From Gonapodya sp. JEL0774 (lineage: Eukaryota), in assembly GCA_027604505.1 (NCBI GenBank), contig JADIIX010000007.1, positions 62,001-126,000 of the forward strand: a stretch of 64,000 nt of DNA, in the 5' to 3' direction. The translations under genes and the position numbers were made by a program. Positions 11,692-26,500 of the stretch are shown piece by piece. How positions within the stretch are numbered: the first letter of the stretch is position 1; each line of letters opens with the position of its first letter. Under the pieces are notes generated by a model. It made no database searches. It was not told where the DNA came from and worked only from the letters and a program-made list of their open reading frames with translations.

Positions 11692-14600
11692 CTAAGAGGG
11701 TATTCGGCTCTTGCCCTGCATGCGACGTCTGCTCCTCGTTACACCGCCGGAGAATCTTCGTTTCTTCTTCACCAGTTGCTTGTCGGAGTCCACTCGAAAA
11801 CTAGCTCCTAATAATTCATCCTCACTCCCACCAGATTCGTTGGCTGTTGAATCATCGTTTTCATAACTAGAACTCGCCGCAACAAGAGATTCAAAGTCCT
11901 CCGCACTCGCAAAGTCGTTGGCGCGCGATCCTGGTTTCCAAGATCCCTTGTAGCCAAGAGATTTTGCAGCCATAAGAATTCTTTGATTTTGTGTGCGGGG
12001 GCGCTTCGCCTCTACGCCGGAGTCGAAGGAATTAGATTCCTCCTCAATCGATGAATGTTCGGAGTCTCGTTCCGAATCTACCGAACCATCTGTGTCCATT
12101 TCGTCCATCAATGCACCTCCCACCAATTCATCCTCGCGTTCATCATCGCTGTCGGCTGCATTGCTCACTCTGTCTCCCTCTTCCTCGCTATCAGCATCCA
12201 TATCTTCATCTCCAAAATCAAGGTCTTCGTCTGAGTCCTCACCAGTCGCATCGACGCCATGCATGGCCCCGCTGTTGATCATTGCCTTCCAAACTTCATC
12301 TTCGTCAAACTCAGCTTCGCTTTGGATGCTTCCCACATCTTCGTCGTCGCTTCCCACTTCACCGTCAATCCTATCAAGCTCGATATCCGCGTCAGCGTCG
12401 TCATCCTTTGCATTTCTTGTATTCTTTGCATTCTTGTTCTTCGGTACCTCTTTTTGCTTACTGGTACCAGAGAAGAACTCCCAGAAGAATCGTTCGTCGA
12501 CCGGAATCTCCTCCTCCTTCTTCCGAACCCACGATGCACTCCCAACAACGTCGTCATCGAGCCGCTTTTCCCTCCCGGTTTTTGTGTCCGAAAGCACCAC
12601 ATTCCTCTTTTTCCCGCCTTCAAACAACATGCAAATATCGTCCTCGTCCTCCTGTTGGGCTTTTAACTTCGCCGATTTGAGCGTTCGGTTGGTGCCTTCG
12701 ACCTCTGCGCGAGGTTGCCCGATTCCACCAGTTCCTTTTTTGAGAGAGTTCACTTTTTTGGCATTCTTGTTGACGAATCGTTCCAAGAACCGAGCAAAGG
12801 TGTGGTTCTTTAATGGATCATAATTGGTCGCGTTTGAAGGGAATGGTACCCCCTCCTCTCCCGCCTTTTCGATAAGATGATTCGAATAAAGAGCAACGGT
12901 CGGATGGAAGTGCCGAGAAAGCACGCTCAACTCCCAGAGGCATGTGCGATTGGCTAAAGCGTACAGGGGATCCCTCCCACGGGGGTCGTAGACCTTGGAA
13001 TGAGAGGTGCCCACATGAGACCTGGTATCTGACGCCTCAGAAAACACTTGTGCTGAAGTGTTGGTATCTTCCTCTTGCTTCGCTGTGGCGCGATCCTCTG
13101 GCTCTCGGACCATCACGGACAGTCCTTTCTTTGCTAGCATGATCTCCCCAACAAGCACCAAAATTCCGCACGCCAGGGGTATACTCGCGTAGCCCGCAAG
13201 TTGGAGAAGCCGCTTCGCAAAGGCAGCGACGCGTGCCACGCTGTGATCAGTGCGCAAGGATTTGTACATCACGTTGAGAAGTGCAGCGGGACGAGGGTAG
13301 ACAGGGAGTCCCGCGTGGAAGAGCAACTCAAACAAAGCTCGATAAAAGCGATCTGAGAGGGTACTGCGGTGGGAAGATATGAGCTGGAGGAGTGTCATCG
13401 CATGGAGAGCGGTCACGAAATTGGGGTTGTGGGCGAGTCGGAACAACGTTGCAACATACTTTTCGAAGCTGAAAGAACGGAATCCGAAACTCAAAAGCAA
13501 AGTTGTCATAATCGTTTGAATATAACATACTCACTCTTCGTCTTCGAGCTTCGAATAGGGAAACGCCCTGTTGATTCCAGTTAATAACGCTGACATCATC
13601 TTGGCTGTCTGAGCGCCGAGATCAGCACGGTAGTTTCCACCACCGTCTTCCCCTTTCGATGATTTAGAATTCAGAGTACTCCCAGAAGCCTCAGAAGGGG
13701 CATCCATAGATAGGACACTTCTCGAGCTCTTTGGATTAGGTTTGTCACTTTTGGAATGCAGCGAGCCACCGGAGGGCTTTCCGGTTCCCTTTTCCCCCAT
13801 TATTTCCTCAAATACACCAAAGTAGACTCCAATCAATTTGTTGGCGCATTTGATATCTGCATCGTCCTCCGCGCCAATTCCTTCCGTGCCTCGTCGGAGC
13901 TCCATTTGATTCAGACAAACAATCGCATAATAGCGAGTCCGGGTCGCCACATTCGGGCGGAACAGAAGTCGTTCGATTTCTGATGCTACGATGAGTTTGA
14001 AGACAGGATGCGTGTGCTTCTTGAGTAGGAGATGAATATGGTGGATGGCTTTCGAAGCTAACGGGCGTGAAGGATCACCCTAAATCCACGGGTTCGGTGG
14101 GACGCAGTGGAAAGTGTTGCCCAATAACCCAATAATGGCATAAAGTACTCACCATTTTGTTCACCAAGAGAGCAAGCAAGTTCTGTTCCTGCTCAGGCTT
14201 AGAAGCAAGCAGGTCGTAAATGTGCGTGATCATTTTCGAACGTATGTGCTCGAGGACATCGTGGGAGAGCTCCTGAGAGCAGAGACTTTCGAGTGAGTTG
14301 ATCGTATGAGCTCAAAATTCCCCGAAGAATCTTCTCACCTCGATAATTTTCACCACTTCCCAGTAGAGTTTCTTCACCAAATCTTCGAAAGCCCACAGCG
14401 CAAGCCATTCGGACCTGATGTCTCCTCGGACGCCTTCCGCGTACTCTCCAACTTCCCGCCAATCTCTGAAGTACCGCAGCTTCCGCTCAGGTAAGATGAA
14501 TCTTGTGAGCACCTCCTTCACAGTGTCCAAGGCGAGCGCGGCATCTCGCTTCGATTTTTTGCGACAGAGATGGACAAGTTTTTCCAAAGTACGATAAGTG

Positions 14601-15713
14601 TGAAGAGGGGACGACTGAACGAGCACCGAGAGGGCAGAAAGTCGGTCGGAAGTCGTGCCAGAGTGGAGTACATGGGAGAGGAACGAAGAATCCGATGCAG
14701 AGAGAGTGGGGTTCGCTAGATATGATTCCGGAGTTGGTTTCAGCGACAAAAGCGCCTTACCAAGCGAAAAACGGGCATTACAAGTCGAAATCACCTTGCT
14801 CATACTTTGTCCACTCTTCTTCAAGTAATTTAGTTGCGCGTTCGTGGAGCTCCCGTAGCCTGCTTTCCTGAACATCAGGCAGGGAAGGCTTTGAGCGTTT
14901 CTTCCCTGTAAGATGTTCAGTCGCCACAATCGCAGGAAATTTATCGTGAAGAGTGAACCATTGGGGAGTGGGTGCAATGAGCAATTTTCCTTTCTTTGTC
15001 TTCGTGTTGATATTTGGAGCCTCTTCTGGAGAGTGAATGGTGGGAAAACTGCCTTGAACTCCAACAACAGCAGATTTCCGGTGTTTTGCGAGCTCATTTG
15101 CTTCCTCTTTTCCGGAAGATGTAGGTTCCTTCAGCTCGGACAGGAAGCTTTGAACATCGGCAACAAGGGAGTGATCCACCTTTGAATGCCCTTCCGTCAC
15201 CATTGAAGCATTATTCACAGACATGATCTTCAAAGAATTGGCGGACATGTTCATCGGAGGTTTCTGTTCATCCGATAAGGGTGTCGTGGAGTCCTTCGGG
15301 TCCTCCACTGCCTCCTCCTCGTTCTCAAATGCCATACTGGGTTTCAATCCAAGCTCCAAAATTAACGTTTTAATGTCATCTGTGAGACTACCTGCTCTCT
15401 TTGTCGTCTGCTTCTGCTTGGCTTTGCTGGCGTCTTTCAGAAAAGCTCTCCTTTGCTGCTCAAACTTCTTCCGTTCCGCAACGTCTTCCGAGGAGAGTCC
15501 ACTCATTGCGATCTCTTCTTCATCTGAGAGAACGTCCGCGATAAAATCGAGATCCTCGCGTGTTCCCCCAAGCGCCAGAATCTCCTCCAGAAGCGATGGG
15601 GAAACCCCATCTTGAGTTGTGAGAGCTTTGGGGCCATCATCCTTGCCCGGTGATCGCGGCAGCTTCCGGTGCTCTCGATTAGCTGCTACTTTTTGCTGCT
15701 TCTCTTTCCCCAT
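11692..15713 (-). CDS. MAK21: Ribosome biogenesis protein Mak21/Noc1 (CEBPZ family, CBF domain), multi-exon
   Basis: SGTTSDRLSALSVLVQSSPLH, LPERKLRYF, SALLTGINRAFPY, SDRFYRALF, YDPRGRDPLYA, CLWEL..LSRHFHPTV, FLERFVNKN; acidic tail ending with FASAEDF. Confidence 0.93.
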
Positions 15714-16020
15714 GAATTGTGTGTATGAGATCCCCTGTTAGTTACTTCTTTCCAATGCGGACCAAAGTCCTCATGGTGGTGCAAAGCCAACTAACAACAG
15801 CGTGTGCCCGAAGAATAGTTCCAAGCTGATTTTTACTCGATTCTCGTAATGAACCACATGTTGCAATCCCCACAGATGTACCCATTATAAGATTTCATAA
15901 TTATAGTCCTACCATGGTACGAACAGGTTCACAGCTCTCCGAATTATTAGAACGAGGTCAAGGAGCACGCAGTAATGATTTGCAAAGGATGGCTGCAGAT
16001 TAATAATTCATGGCAGGCAA

Positions 16021-19000
16021 TCATCGAAGTACGGGGTTGCTAGTGCTCGGGCGCAATCGCCGAGCCCATTCGGCCCTAGCTCGAATTTCTTCAATCTCAT
16101 GATTCTGTTGTCGTTCTTCCTCGGCGTCAAGTTCCGGTTCCTCAACACGAAGAGATTCAATTGTCTTCACATCCAAGATACCATGGTCGAATCTGAAAAG
16201 CGGTCTGGTCCAAACTAAGAAAGAACCGCCCCATCAACAAGCATGCCTCACTTTTCTATCACCCCTTTCATTATTGGATCCGTTACCAGTCGACCATTTG
16301 ATGGCATTGCCGGTGACTGGTTCTCTTCTGGAGGACGCAAGTAAGCCCTGAGACTCTCGTTAGTTACCGTGGCCTGAACTTTTCTCTTGTCCACAACATT
16401 CCTTTTCGCAATTACATCAATCGCACATTCGAGGAGAATGTTCATTGAAACTTCGTCGAAGAACTCACATTGATATCCCGGTTTTGCGCACATTATTGTC
16501 CAACAGACGTTTATCAATTGAATCCTCAATGTACAGACGATACACAAAAACGTGTTTGGTTTGGCCAAACCTGTAAGCCTGAAATTCAGAATGGATTCAG
16601 TGGTTCATCCCATCAAACATCGGATTTGTGAATATTACCCGCGCAACTGCTTGCTCCCCATAAATTGGATTCCAGTGGTAGTCACAGATTACCACGCGGC
16701 TTGCGCCGATGAGGTTAAGGCCCAGTCCTCCGGTCTGCAAACTCCATTTAAAACAACTGTGAGCTGAAAACAGTAAGCTTTCATGCTGACCTTCGGTGTC
16801 AGAAGAAAAACAGGTATTTCTTTGCTCGTGTTGAACAAGTCCACCAGTGTCTGTCGCTTCTACGAAACAAAGCATATTAGAAACACCCCGAAACATTTCA
16901 GATGCAATCACTAACCCTTTGGGGCACCTGCCCATCAAGTCGAGCATTTAGAATGTCATTTTTGAGAAGCAATTTCTCCAGGAAGTCTGGAAGGTTCGGA
17001 ACTCTGAGACACATCGAACACCCTGCCACTTGTGGGCCAGAACTCACCGACGGTGGGGATGTAGTTGCTAAAAATAAGCGTCTTCTCATCATTTTCTATC
17101 GCTCGCTTTACAATTTCGAGGACGACGAGGGCTTTGTAAGAAAGTGTCAAGTCATCTGCGGGCATTACGTGCGGTCATACTGCATGGATCTGCGGAACTT
17201 GACACAATAGTATACGCACCACCATACTCCTGAAATACATGATCGCATTCGGTCGACATAGCATTGAGATAAGCAATCGTTTCTCCTTCTTCCGTGTTGT
17301 TTATATTGGTGGGTGCGTGCTCAGCGACATCATTGACAGAGCGAATCAAGTTTTCTCCCTCAACAGCGAGGGCTTCACCAGCAAGAACGTCCTTCGTTGT
17401 GAGCATTTTCGGAAAGGTCTGGTCTTTGATTCTCTCCAATTTCAATTTGACAGCGATATGATCCTGCACAAATGGCAGTCACGCATCGGTCACTGAAAAA
17501 ATATCAAAAATTTCTCACTCCAAAGATCTGCGGATGCACACATATATGCGACAGCGGATTTACCAGGCTTAAGACACTGGTACTAAGGGATGTTCCAGCA
17601 GCCTTCACATGGGCCAGTAATTTCTGCGCAATCAAAGTCAGACAATGCTCCGATCGATTGATGGAATAACGATGTTCCTCACAAGATACAGAATGCGCTG
17701 TGCAGGAGTGAGACGGATGGATACGACGTAATCTGTCTTCGCCGGGAGATGATGTGCAATACGAGATTGTTCGAATCTGATGTGCGACACCAATTTCAAG
17801 TATTTGAGACAAACACAGACCAAATAATAGAACAACTTCCCACCGCTGAATAAATGGTCCGATGTCTCTTTGCAGTGCCTTCATGCAAATGGTCGCTTTT
17901 CGCTTTTTGCTGGCTTCTGCATCACCGAAAGCCCCCTCTTCAATTGGCTTGCCGTAGGACGACATAAATTCGTTCTTTGGTCCCAAAAATCCAGGATTTA
18001 CGAATTCAATCTGCGCAAGAATTGCCAGATTTTCGTGTGTTATCGCTGATCTCCGTGCAACACGACACCAAAGAAGGAGCTCACCATATGGTAATACTCC
18101 TCCAGGTTGTTTTGCAAGGGTGTGCCTGTCAAGCATACCCGAAACTTTGTCTTCATCTGAGAAAGTCCCTCGTTGAGCTTGGTCTGAGAATAGAGAAAGG
18201 AGGAACCATGAATAGGTTTACGCGTAACGGCGGATGACAAAACAGCTGACTTTGGGATTCTTAATCTGTGAAGGAAAAGAAATTAACTTTTATCACACAT
18301 TGCCCAATGTGAGGTACATTACCACATGGCCTTCATCAACGACCTTGATTAAAGGGTATATACGAAGCTCTCAGAATTCCACAGAAAAAATAGATCAATT
18401 TGTTTTCAGAACATACCACTAAAGAAGGGCCGGGATCACGAAATGCCATAATCATTTCGTCCGTTTCGGGATTTGTGGGAAACTGACTATGTGAAACGAG
18501 AAGAATTCCGCCATCTCTGAACCACTCCCGCCACTCTATATCCTTGCTCGCTTTTGGACCATCTTTTAAATGCTGAGTACAAATCATGGAGCCCAAAACA
18601 AAGAACTCACAGCTGTGAACATATACTCTCCCAACTTCCTCTTGCCAGCCTTCTCCGAGTTCCCCAAGCCATAGCCTAAGCTCGTTCTCCCTACAAAATA
18701 AAATTATTCAGGTTACGTATGTGTTCCAGAATCACAGACCATACCAATTCCGAACGAGTGATGCGGGCATCAGAATGAGCACTCGGCCGTCTGAAAGCTC
18801 TGGAGGCAGTATTGGATTTCTCCTCCTTACTTCCCTTAAGACAGTGGCCACGAATACCACGATCTGGAGGGTCTTCCCTGTAAGTGAATGAAGATTCTGC
18901 AACGGACGAGCACGATAATCGGAGATGGCGAATTACCTAGACCCATAGCATGAGCTAGTATACAACCCATCCTGAAAGCAATCAAGGATTTCCAGAGAAA

Positions 19001-22000
19001 CTGTATACCATCAACTTGGTGATTTTTGAGCCATCGTGCTAACCCCGGTCCAACCTTGATGTCTTCTTGGTATTCGTCATGACCAGCGTTCACAACAACA
19101 TGATCACTCCCATTATTAGTTCTCAACATGGCGGCCCTGCCGCGTTCGAGGAAAACCGAGCCAATGAAGCGGCCATGAGTTACAGAACTGCGGTAGTACT
19201 CACCGTTTCTCTAATTCCGAGTATGCTTGATTCTGTTCATTGAGCCTTTTCGCATTCTCTTTCGCAATGGGGTTCTGCATGGGACCTTTACCTTTCCCTT
19301 TTCTGCATTCATACTCTTCGTCATCCACGTCAAGCCCCTCGTCTTCGCCGTTAATGGATTCCGCTTCGTCACTACTGATCTCTATTGGTGACTCAAATCC
19401 TGCATCGGAGTCGCTTGGTGAGGGTTCGGGTACTCGATTTTGTTTGAATGATTCTTGATCCATTGCATCTACGCCGTCATCATCGTTGTCATTTGATGAC
19501 CGAGATCTCTTGTTCCTGAGTATTTTTTTCCATGACGAAGCATTTTCTTGGTAGGAAGTTTGACTGGATCGAATTCCAACAACAGTGAATTGAATAAAAT
19601 CGAGCACCCAATCTTCGTCGAAGCGAAAACTACTGTCGGATGTTGTGTAGTCATCAGGGTGCTCTTGTACCAAATAACCATGGTACAAGTGTAAAACATG
19701 AATAAGCACGGAATCCACATCACTATGAAGAAGCATTTCAAATTAATATACTAGCCAATCGGAGACTACAGAAAATCCCCACCATTGATTGGATCGCATT
19801 TTTACAGTGGCTTCAGACATCAAATAAGCAAGACCTGTTGCCAAATCAGACTGAGTAAGGAACCGCTATAGTGGTCGGACTAATAGCGTTACCAACCTTG
19901 AGGGTTCTCGGAATACTGAAGCAAGAGCCTCAAGACGCTCGGGTCGCTTGAAAACTGACTTGCAGCAGCTGACAGTGCCTCTCTGTCCCGTAGCTTGTCG
20001 TCGGAGGTGGGAGGACTGTGGGATCCGACCTCTGAATCTTCTGTAACCCGCCTCCTTTTAAGGCTACGATTTGGGCCAGGGGTCTCTGTGGTAGTAGTAG
20101 TAGTAGTAGTAGTGATGATAACTCGCCTAATGCGTTCGTGGGGAGGGACTCACGTGTCGGATCTATTCTCTGTTGTTCATTCGAGTTGCCTGCCGCACTT
20201 GCGGTAGCTCCCACATCCACAGATGCCTCCAGTTCGATGGAAACATCTTCTGCAATAGATTGAGGCTGTGATGAGTCGGATGAGTTCATCATCCCGACGT
20301 GAGGAGGTTCATCGTTAATTTGATCGCACGACTCTGCGTCAGGAGAGTTGATTTCACCACAAGACGCTTCCTTCGGTTCTCCCAAGTGGTCCTTCTCAGC
20401 TTCCTTAATCCCACGATTCAACCTTCTTGCCTCGCGTTTGGCATAGTTCCCCCACTGCTGCTCGTCGTCATCAATAAAATCAGACCAGGACTCTTCGTCA
20501 GTGTCACTGCTCCCGTCAGCGTGTCGGGGCAAGTTTGTCGTCACATTCTCAGCGGTCAGTTCAACTGTGTCCGGTTTTGCAGGCTGGGGTCCTTCCAATA
20601 TCTCAATCAAAACTTGGAGAGTGTGAATCTCCGTGCACGTCACTTCTAGTATCCCACATCGTCTTCGCAACTCGGCCTCCGAGCTCCACTGAGTCAGACT
20701 GAGTTGACTCTTTAAAGCCGGTAAACGATTCTCCATCAAATGCTTCAGGTGATCACGTTTTTTGCTGGAAGTCCCTTGCTGTCGAACCCATATCTTGAAT
20801 GCCTTGGCGAGAATGCCGGGCTTGGTAATAGCGTCAAAGCGATATCGAATCTCCTCCACCACAGCGTCAATGATAGTGGAAACCTCTTCTGGCCTAAGGC
20901 AGGCACGGCGACTGGGATGAACAACCATCGAAATTCGGCGAGGACGCCGGACTCCGATGTCAATGGTTTCGGAGTCTGAGTCTGATACAAGAGCGGAGTC
21001 ATTTTTGGCTTGCCCCGCCAGTTTTTTGGCCTGCCGTTCTTCCTTTCGTGCCTGCGAATTCTTCCACTCCTCCATCTCGCGAACGGTTTCTTCAATCTCC
21101 GAGTCTTCCTCTTCCTCTTCGTCCTCATCCTCGTCCTCGGTACTGATCTCTGCGTCTCCATCCTCACATCCGATGAATCTTCTACCATACGTTCCATGAG
21201 GTAGAACACGTGGACGTTTGGGATCAAATGACTTTTCATCGAGAAAGCTCTCGTGCTTTTGAATTCGATCGCTTAACGTATGGAGAAGCCCTTTGCGCCG
21301 AGTACGAGAAGTTCCAGGCCAAAGGCGATCGCGAAGAAAGGGCTGGAGAGTGGATGGTTCAAAGAGAGGGTTGGTGGGATGTGAGGTGTGGAGATTGATC
21401 AAGTCCGAAGGGAACTCTAAAAATAGTAGGAGAGGGTGGGACCACTTAGGCTCTAAAAAATCCCTTTTCCATTTCAATTTTCTGTCTCTTTAAACACACC
21501 GAAAACACTGGCGTCCCCTCGGGTTCCCACCAAATCCTTGGCGGTCGAAAACGCCAGCGCTGGTGCAGACTGTTCCCCGACATAAGGTGCCCATATGGCG
21601 AACGGTCCGTTCAAATCTTCTTCATCTGGTGCACTGCCGTCGCCTTCATCGTCGCTAAAGCGAAGAGGCGGGTCAATTAACATGCGGCGCACCAGTCGCT
21701 GTTTGACGATATGAAAGCAGTAGGTATGAGCACAACCCTGGTTTCCTCAAGTCGCAACGCTACTCACCTGAGCTCGTACGGTTTGCAGCAACTGTTCTTC
21801 AGTCCCGTCTGTGTGTTGCTGCGGTTTTCGCTTCAATCGCCCGAAACTCCATGACCCATCCCCTTCATCAGATGAATTTCCGAATGCGGTAGGAAAGTGG
21901 CCAGGGACGCATCCAAAAAGGATTGAAGTCGAATCAGGAGGTGCTGGAAGATCATCGCGGAGATCAGGTGGAGGTGTGTCATCCCGAAGCGGACTCAGTG

Positions 22001-23252
22001 GGTGAGGAGGATTTGCTTGCGCAGACAGTTTCGAGTCAACTTCTTGTTGGGATTCTGGGTTGTCGATAACCATCACATCAGCATGCAGTGGCCCTAAATG
22101 CGATGAGTCTTCCATCCTGGCATCATCCGCATCCTTTCCGAGGACATCCTGCGTGTGGTCTGTTTCATACACCGCACTCCCTCCGTCATCACTTTCTTCA
22201 TCACTCTCATCTTCGTATTCGTTTAAATCTTCGCTGTCTTCCGATCCCGAAGTTTTGCTGTCAGTCGATCCGAGAGATTCACCGTCATCATCAATGGTTG
22301 CGGTTTCAAGTGAGGACTCTCTCGGTACAGAAGTAATGTTTCCATTAATTGAGATTTTCTCGCGGCTCACCAGCTCCTCTCCTCTGTCCAAGTCCTCAGG
22401 GGTGAGTCCTGCGTAGCGAGCCTCAATCTCCGCAACGATATCGCGGTTCCCAGATGACGTGGACCATTGAGCAGTCTTGGTCGACTGATCACCCAAAGTT
22501 CGAACAATAAATCGGCGTCTCCTACTCGTAGTGCCATGATCGGAACTCATTAGTTCGCTCTCTGCGGATTCACTATCTTCCGAGCCTAGCGAATCATCCA
22601 CATCGTCTTCTGAGGAAATTCTCGAATATTTTTTTGCTCGAGTAGTGGGAGAATGCGGAAGGTCGTAGTAGACGCTGTCTCCTGTTTGCGATTGTCGAAC
22701 TTTCGCAAATCGTTTCCTAGGAATTAAGACGGACTGTAAGATTGAAGCACTCTCTCGCTCCTCGTTTCGCGTATGAGGTCTAGTATCTTCTGTGTCATCC
22801 GTGGAGACGACCTCTGGTGAGGTGATTGTGTTTGTGGGTTGCAATCTATGAATGTGAGCGGTGCTGAAAGATGGTGTGGTGAGCCTTGAAACTCCAGCCA
22901 ACGAATCAGCCTGTTCTTCAAGACGAGAAATTTCGGCGAGTAGCATTTTGAAATGGATGTGGTTGTCGCTGGGATCTGTGGCTGATGGATCAATTTTCAG
23001 AACTCCCACTCGATTAAGCTCTGCTAGCAGAGTTTCCGTGAAGCTGGGGACGGAAAAGAGACTCTGTCCATCGATTTCCAGATCTGTAAACGTGACGAAT
23101 GGGAGAGAGAATTAGGAAGTCAAATGCAGGAAGATGGTTTCTTGCTTTCTTCCCCTACCCAGAAACACTCCTTTGAATTGTGGGAGATTGATCTCATCCA
23201 ACCACCGGCCAACTTCACTGACACTCCATCGAGTGATTTCTGAGCGACGCAT
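16021..23252 (-). CDS. SNF2-family ATPase, ATRX/SAD-6-like, with N-terminal SAM domain; many short introns
   Basis: Helicase motifs: GCILAHAMGLGKT (intron-split), VVDEGHVIKNPK, LTGTPLQNNLEEYY, RLDGQVP, GGLGLNLIGASRVVICDYHWNP...AYRFGQTKHVFVY. First exon MRRSEITRWSVSEVGRWLDEINLPQFKGVFL plus next exon DLEIDGQSL is SAM-like. Stop TGA at 16021-16023. Joining the upstream ORFs (19930-23009) to the ATPase exons is inferred from splice signals. Confidence 0.82.
20091..20111. repeat. (GTA)7 microsatellite, probably inside an intron of the SNF2 gene
   Basis: Seven GTA units read directly; flanked on the minus strand by a GTGAGT donor and a CACAG acceptor. Confidence 0.85.
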
Positions 23253-23513
23253 TGCGCTCTTGGCGAACAACACCGAGAATGTGCAAGGTTTAGGACCAGC
23301 GGGCTCTGTAATGACTGTATGAATCCTCCTGACACCAAATCCTATTTTCACGATCCTGCATGACTTTCAATAAAATCCAATAAACTCCTCACCAAATTAC
23401 AATATACTCGCCATTCATACAACAATACCTGTGACGGGTCATCACGAATCACCCCATAGCTCATATTCTGGGTGCGTCCATCGCACAGCCGTCCTCTTGG
23501 ATATCACAGCCGC

Positions 23514-26500
23514 ATGGACTCCAGAAGCATGGAGCAGGAGATTCGAGCGCGCCTGGACCACCGGCTTTGGAACGAAGAAAATGCTGCTCGATTGGACGAT
23601 GTGGTGTTTCCACAGATGCAGAGTATGTTCTCCCCCACCAACGATTGGGACCATTTTTGCATGCTCAGATCTCCTTACAACGAGTGAATCCTCTCTGATC
23701 CCATCTCACAAGAATTGGGAATAACCGCACAAGTTCTACCTTTGCTGGCTGGCATTCTTGTTTCTGATCACTGCCCGCATTATGCTACACCAACTGAACC
23801 ATTGTTGTACCGGGACTTTGGCAAGCTCATCTGCGAAGACCGGCCTGGGTACTCTATCAATATTTGTGAGGCAGTGACTGCCTCGGCCGAATCTGAAGAT
23901 GCACTTCACAGGAGTTCTGAGGGAATCGATTCCGTGGACTGGGGTCCTGAACCCGTCTCCAACCTTTCTTGCGAGAAACTGAAGGAGATTTTGATGAATA
24001 CTCTTCAATCAAAATATGGCTTTCGCAAGTTTCAAGTCCGCGGGTTGTGTGATCGTCTCATGGCACGAGGCTTAACTGGGTCCAACCTTGTCCGGCACAT
24101 CAGCTCAAGAGAATCACTCAGTCATTGGGGTGTCTCTGAAATCGGGTATCAGCTGGCACTCTTAGACGTCGCCCGGGTAGCGAGGGAAAAGGAGAGCCCA
24201 GCGATTCAGAACATTTCCACGTTGTTTCCCGGAATTAAGAGGAGGGAACACGGGCTGTCGCATCTATGGATCACAAAACCGCAAGGGGCGTTGGAACTCC
24301 ACGGAGGACCCCCTGACCTCGCTCTCCCCGCACACGATACTGCACGGACAGTGCCGTCTCCTTCTCCTTCTGAACATTCTCGACTCTCAGTCACGGCGTC
24401 ATCGTCCACTGGAGCGCGTGTACCTTCTCCTACCTTACTCGCTGATATTCTCGTTGAGGCTCCAATCTGGACTGGGCGATGTCTGCTCCCGGACCTTATC
24501 GACGTACCGGTTTCCGCTGTTCGTATGAAACTTCGCTCATCTTCCGGAGAGCAAGAATGCTCTCGAGAACGATACCACGTCGACAAGTGGCCTGCTCAAC
24601 TAAAACTGAGTGAGATCGGTGGGGTCGCAGCTGAGGAACTCAAAAATCGTTTGAGTCATCTTCGTACCGTATTCGAGTTGCGAGGACAAACTGATGTGTC
24701 TCAAAAGATTCTGTCGGCGGCGCTCAAGGATAAAGTGAGTTCCTCCAATCGACCTGATCTTTTTAATGGCGGAAATCCCCTGACTTGTGATTCCCCAAGT
24801 ACGCTGTTGCGTTTATCACCGCCGACGAGACTTCTGGATTTCTGTTCAGGTACATGAGTAAACGAAGCAGCGTCCGGGGATACGTCTTTTTTAAAGATGG
24901 AGAGAAAGGCGATCTTCTGGGACCCGATTCTCTCTCAGGCAACCGTGACAAAGGCAAACAAACTCTGAAACTGCAACCTCTCACTTCTAATCAAGACTCT
25001 TCAGTGACAGAGACGCCCACAACTCATCATGTGGTTCCATCTCGCGTGAAACAAACCTTGTCGGCTCGGCGGACTACAACCCTTTCGGGGTCTGTGGATG
25101 TCACCGCTTCCCAGATCCTCCCCGTTGCCCTGCCCAAGGACGCTTCAGGAGAGGAACGCGTTTCGCACACTGTCTCCGTCGTGCCTGGTAACTCTTCGTT
25201 TATGTTGGTATCTCCCACCACTGGCTTGGACGTGTCAGGAACAGCTGCGAGACCGGTTGATCAAGCCACGGTTGTTGCAATGCACTTAGACAATGCAGAT
25301 GTCGATCCCGCACCATCTATGGTCGTTGACGATGCGGACGGACACGCGGAAGCAGCGGCCGAGATTGAGATTGAATCGTCTCCACCCTCGAGCCCTTCAA
25401 GAAAGGCGACTTCAGCGACTGATGCTGGGGGAAAATCTCATTCCTTCGCTTCATATTTTGCGAAAGTTCAAGAGACGCGCGCTTCTTGGGCCCAGTCTGA
25501 AAGGACGCCTCAAATTGGATCTGAAGAGGATGGAGAGGATGAGGGGAACGAGGTCCTAGTGCACAAGCTTTACGGTACCAAATCGTCGACAGATACAAGA
25601 GAACCCCGGGCCAATGCTCTCACTACACAAACGGACGATGACGAGGAGGAGGACAATGTCGGCGGGGAAAATGGAGGTGAGGACGACGACAACTACGACG
25701 ACAACAACGGACGTTTCCTCGGAAGGGGCAAGAGAGTTAAGAGAAGACTGGTTCGAAGCAGCTTCTCTGCGATGGGAATGAAGCGGGCGAGGGAAGCGTC
25801 AACTGAGGATGACGCGGAGCAAAGAGTTTCCAAACGAGCCCGCCAAAGTCGGGACACCGAGTCGATTGCTATATCCAACGGAAGTGCTCAGCTGGAAACG
25901 CCTGTTTCTCCGACCTCGACTGTAAGTAGTAGTCCAGAACCTGCGACTCGGACACCAGCTCCCAAAAAGTCTGTGGGAGGTGGGAGGAGGATCACCACCC
26001 CCACGTTACCCGCAACAAGCCCCAACGTGAGAATGGTCCCAACTGTGCCAACCCCACCTGTATTCGTCTCTGTGTCGCCTCCTCCCGCTGGATCGAGTGT
26101 CCCCCAAACGCCACAACTGAGATCCTCCCAAGCTCCCAGCAGCGACGACGTCATTGAGATTCGCAGCTTGAGCCCTTCAGACGATGAGTTCGAACCTGCG
26201 AAGATGTTAAGCCAACCATTCGTGAAGAGGGAATCTTCAAGCCAACCATTCTTGAAAAGGGAATCTTCCGTGGTACCCAGACCTGCGCCGCCGTCGAGAG
26301 TAGAGCGCTCCAAGGACACGAGCACCCCGGCTCCACCCGCCAATTCACCACCGCCCACTCCGGTCTCTTCGACTCCATCGCCGACAAAGCGGCGCCTTGT
26401 ACCGGTGATACACCCACCGCACCCTGCCTCAGTCTCGGTCCCCGGAACGGGTTTCTCGCGACCGTCGGGCCCCGTGCCCACCGCCCCCCAACAGCGCACT

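Noticed and set aside
19930..20150. Poly-Leu hydrophobic stretch (possible TM helix) in the SNF2 gene
   Set aside because: It is the translation of a probably intronic (CTA)n microsatellite.
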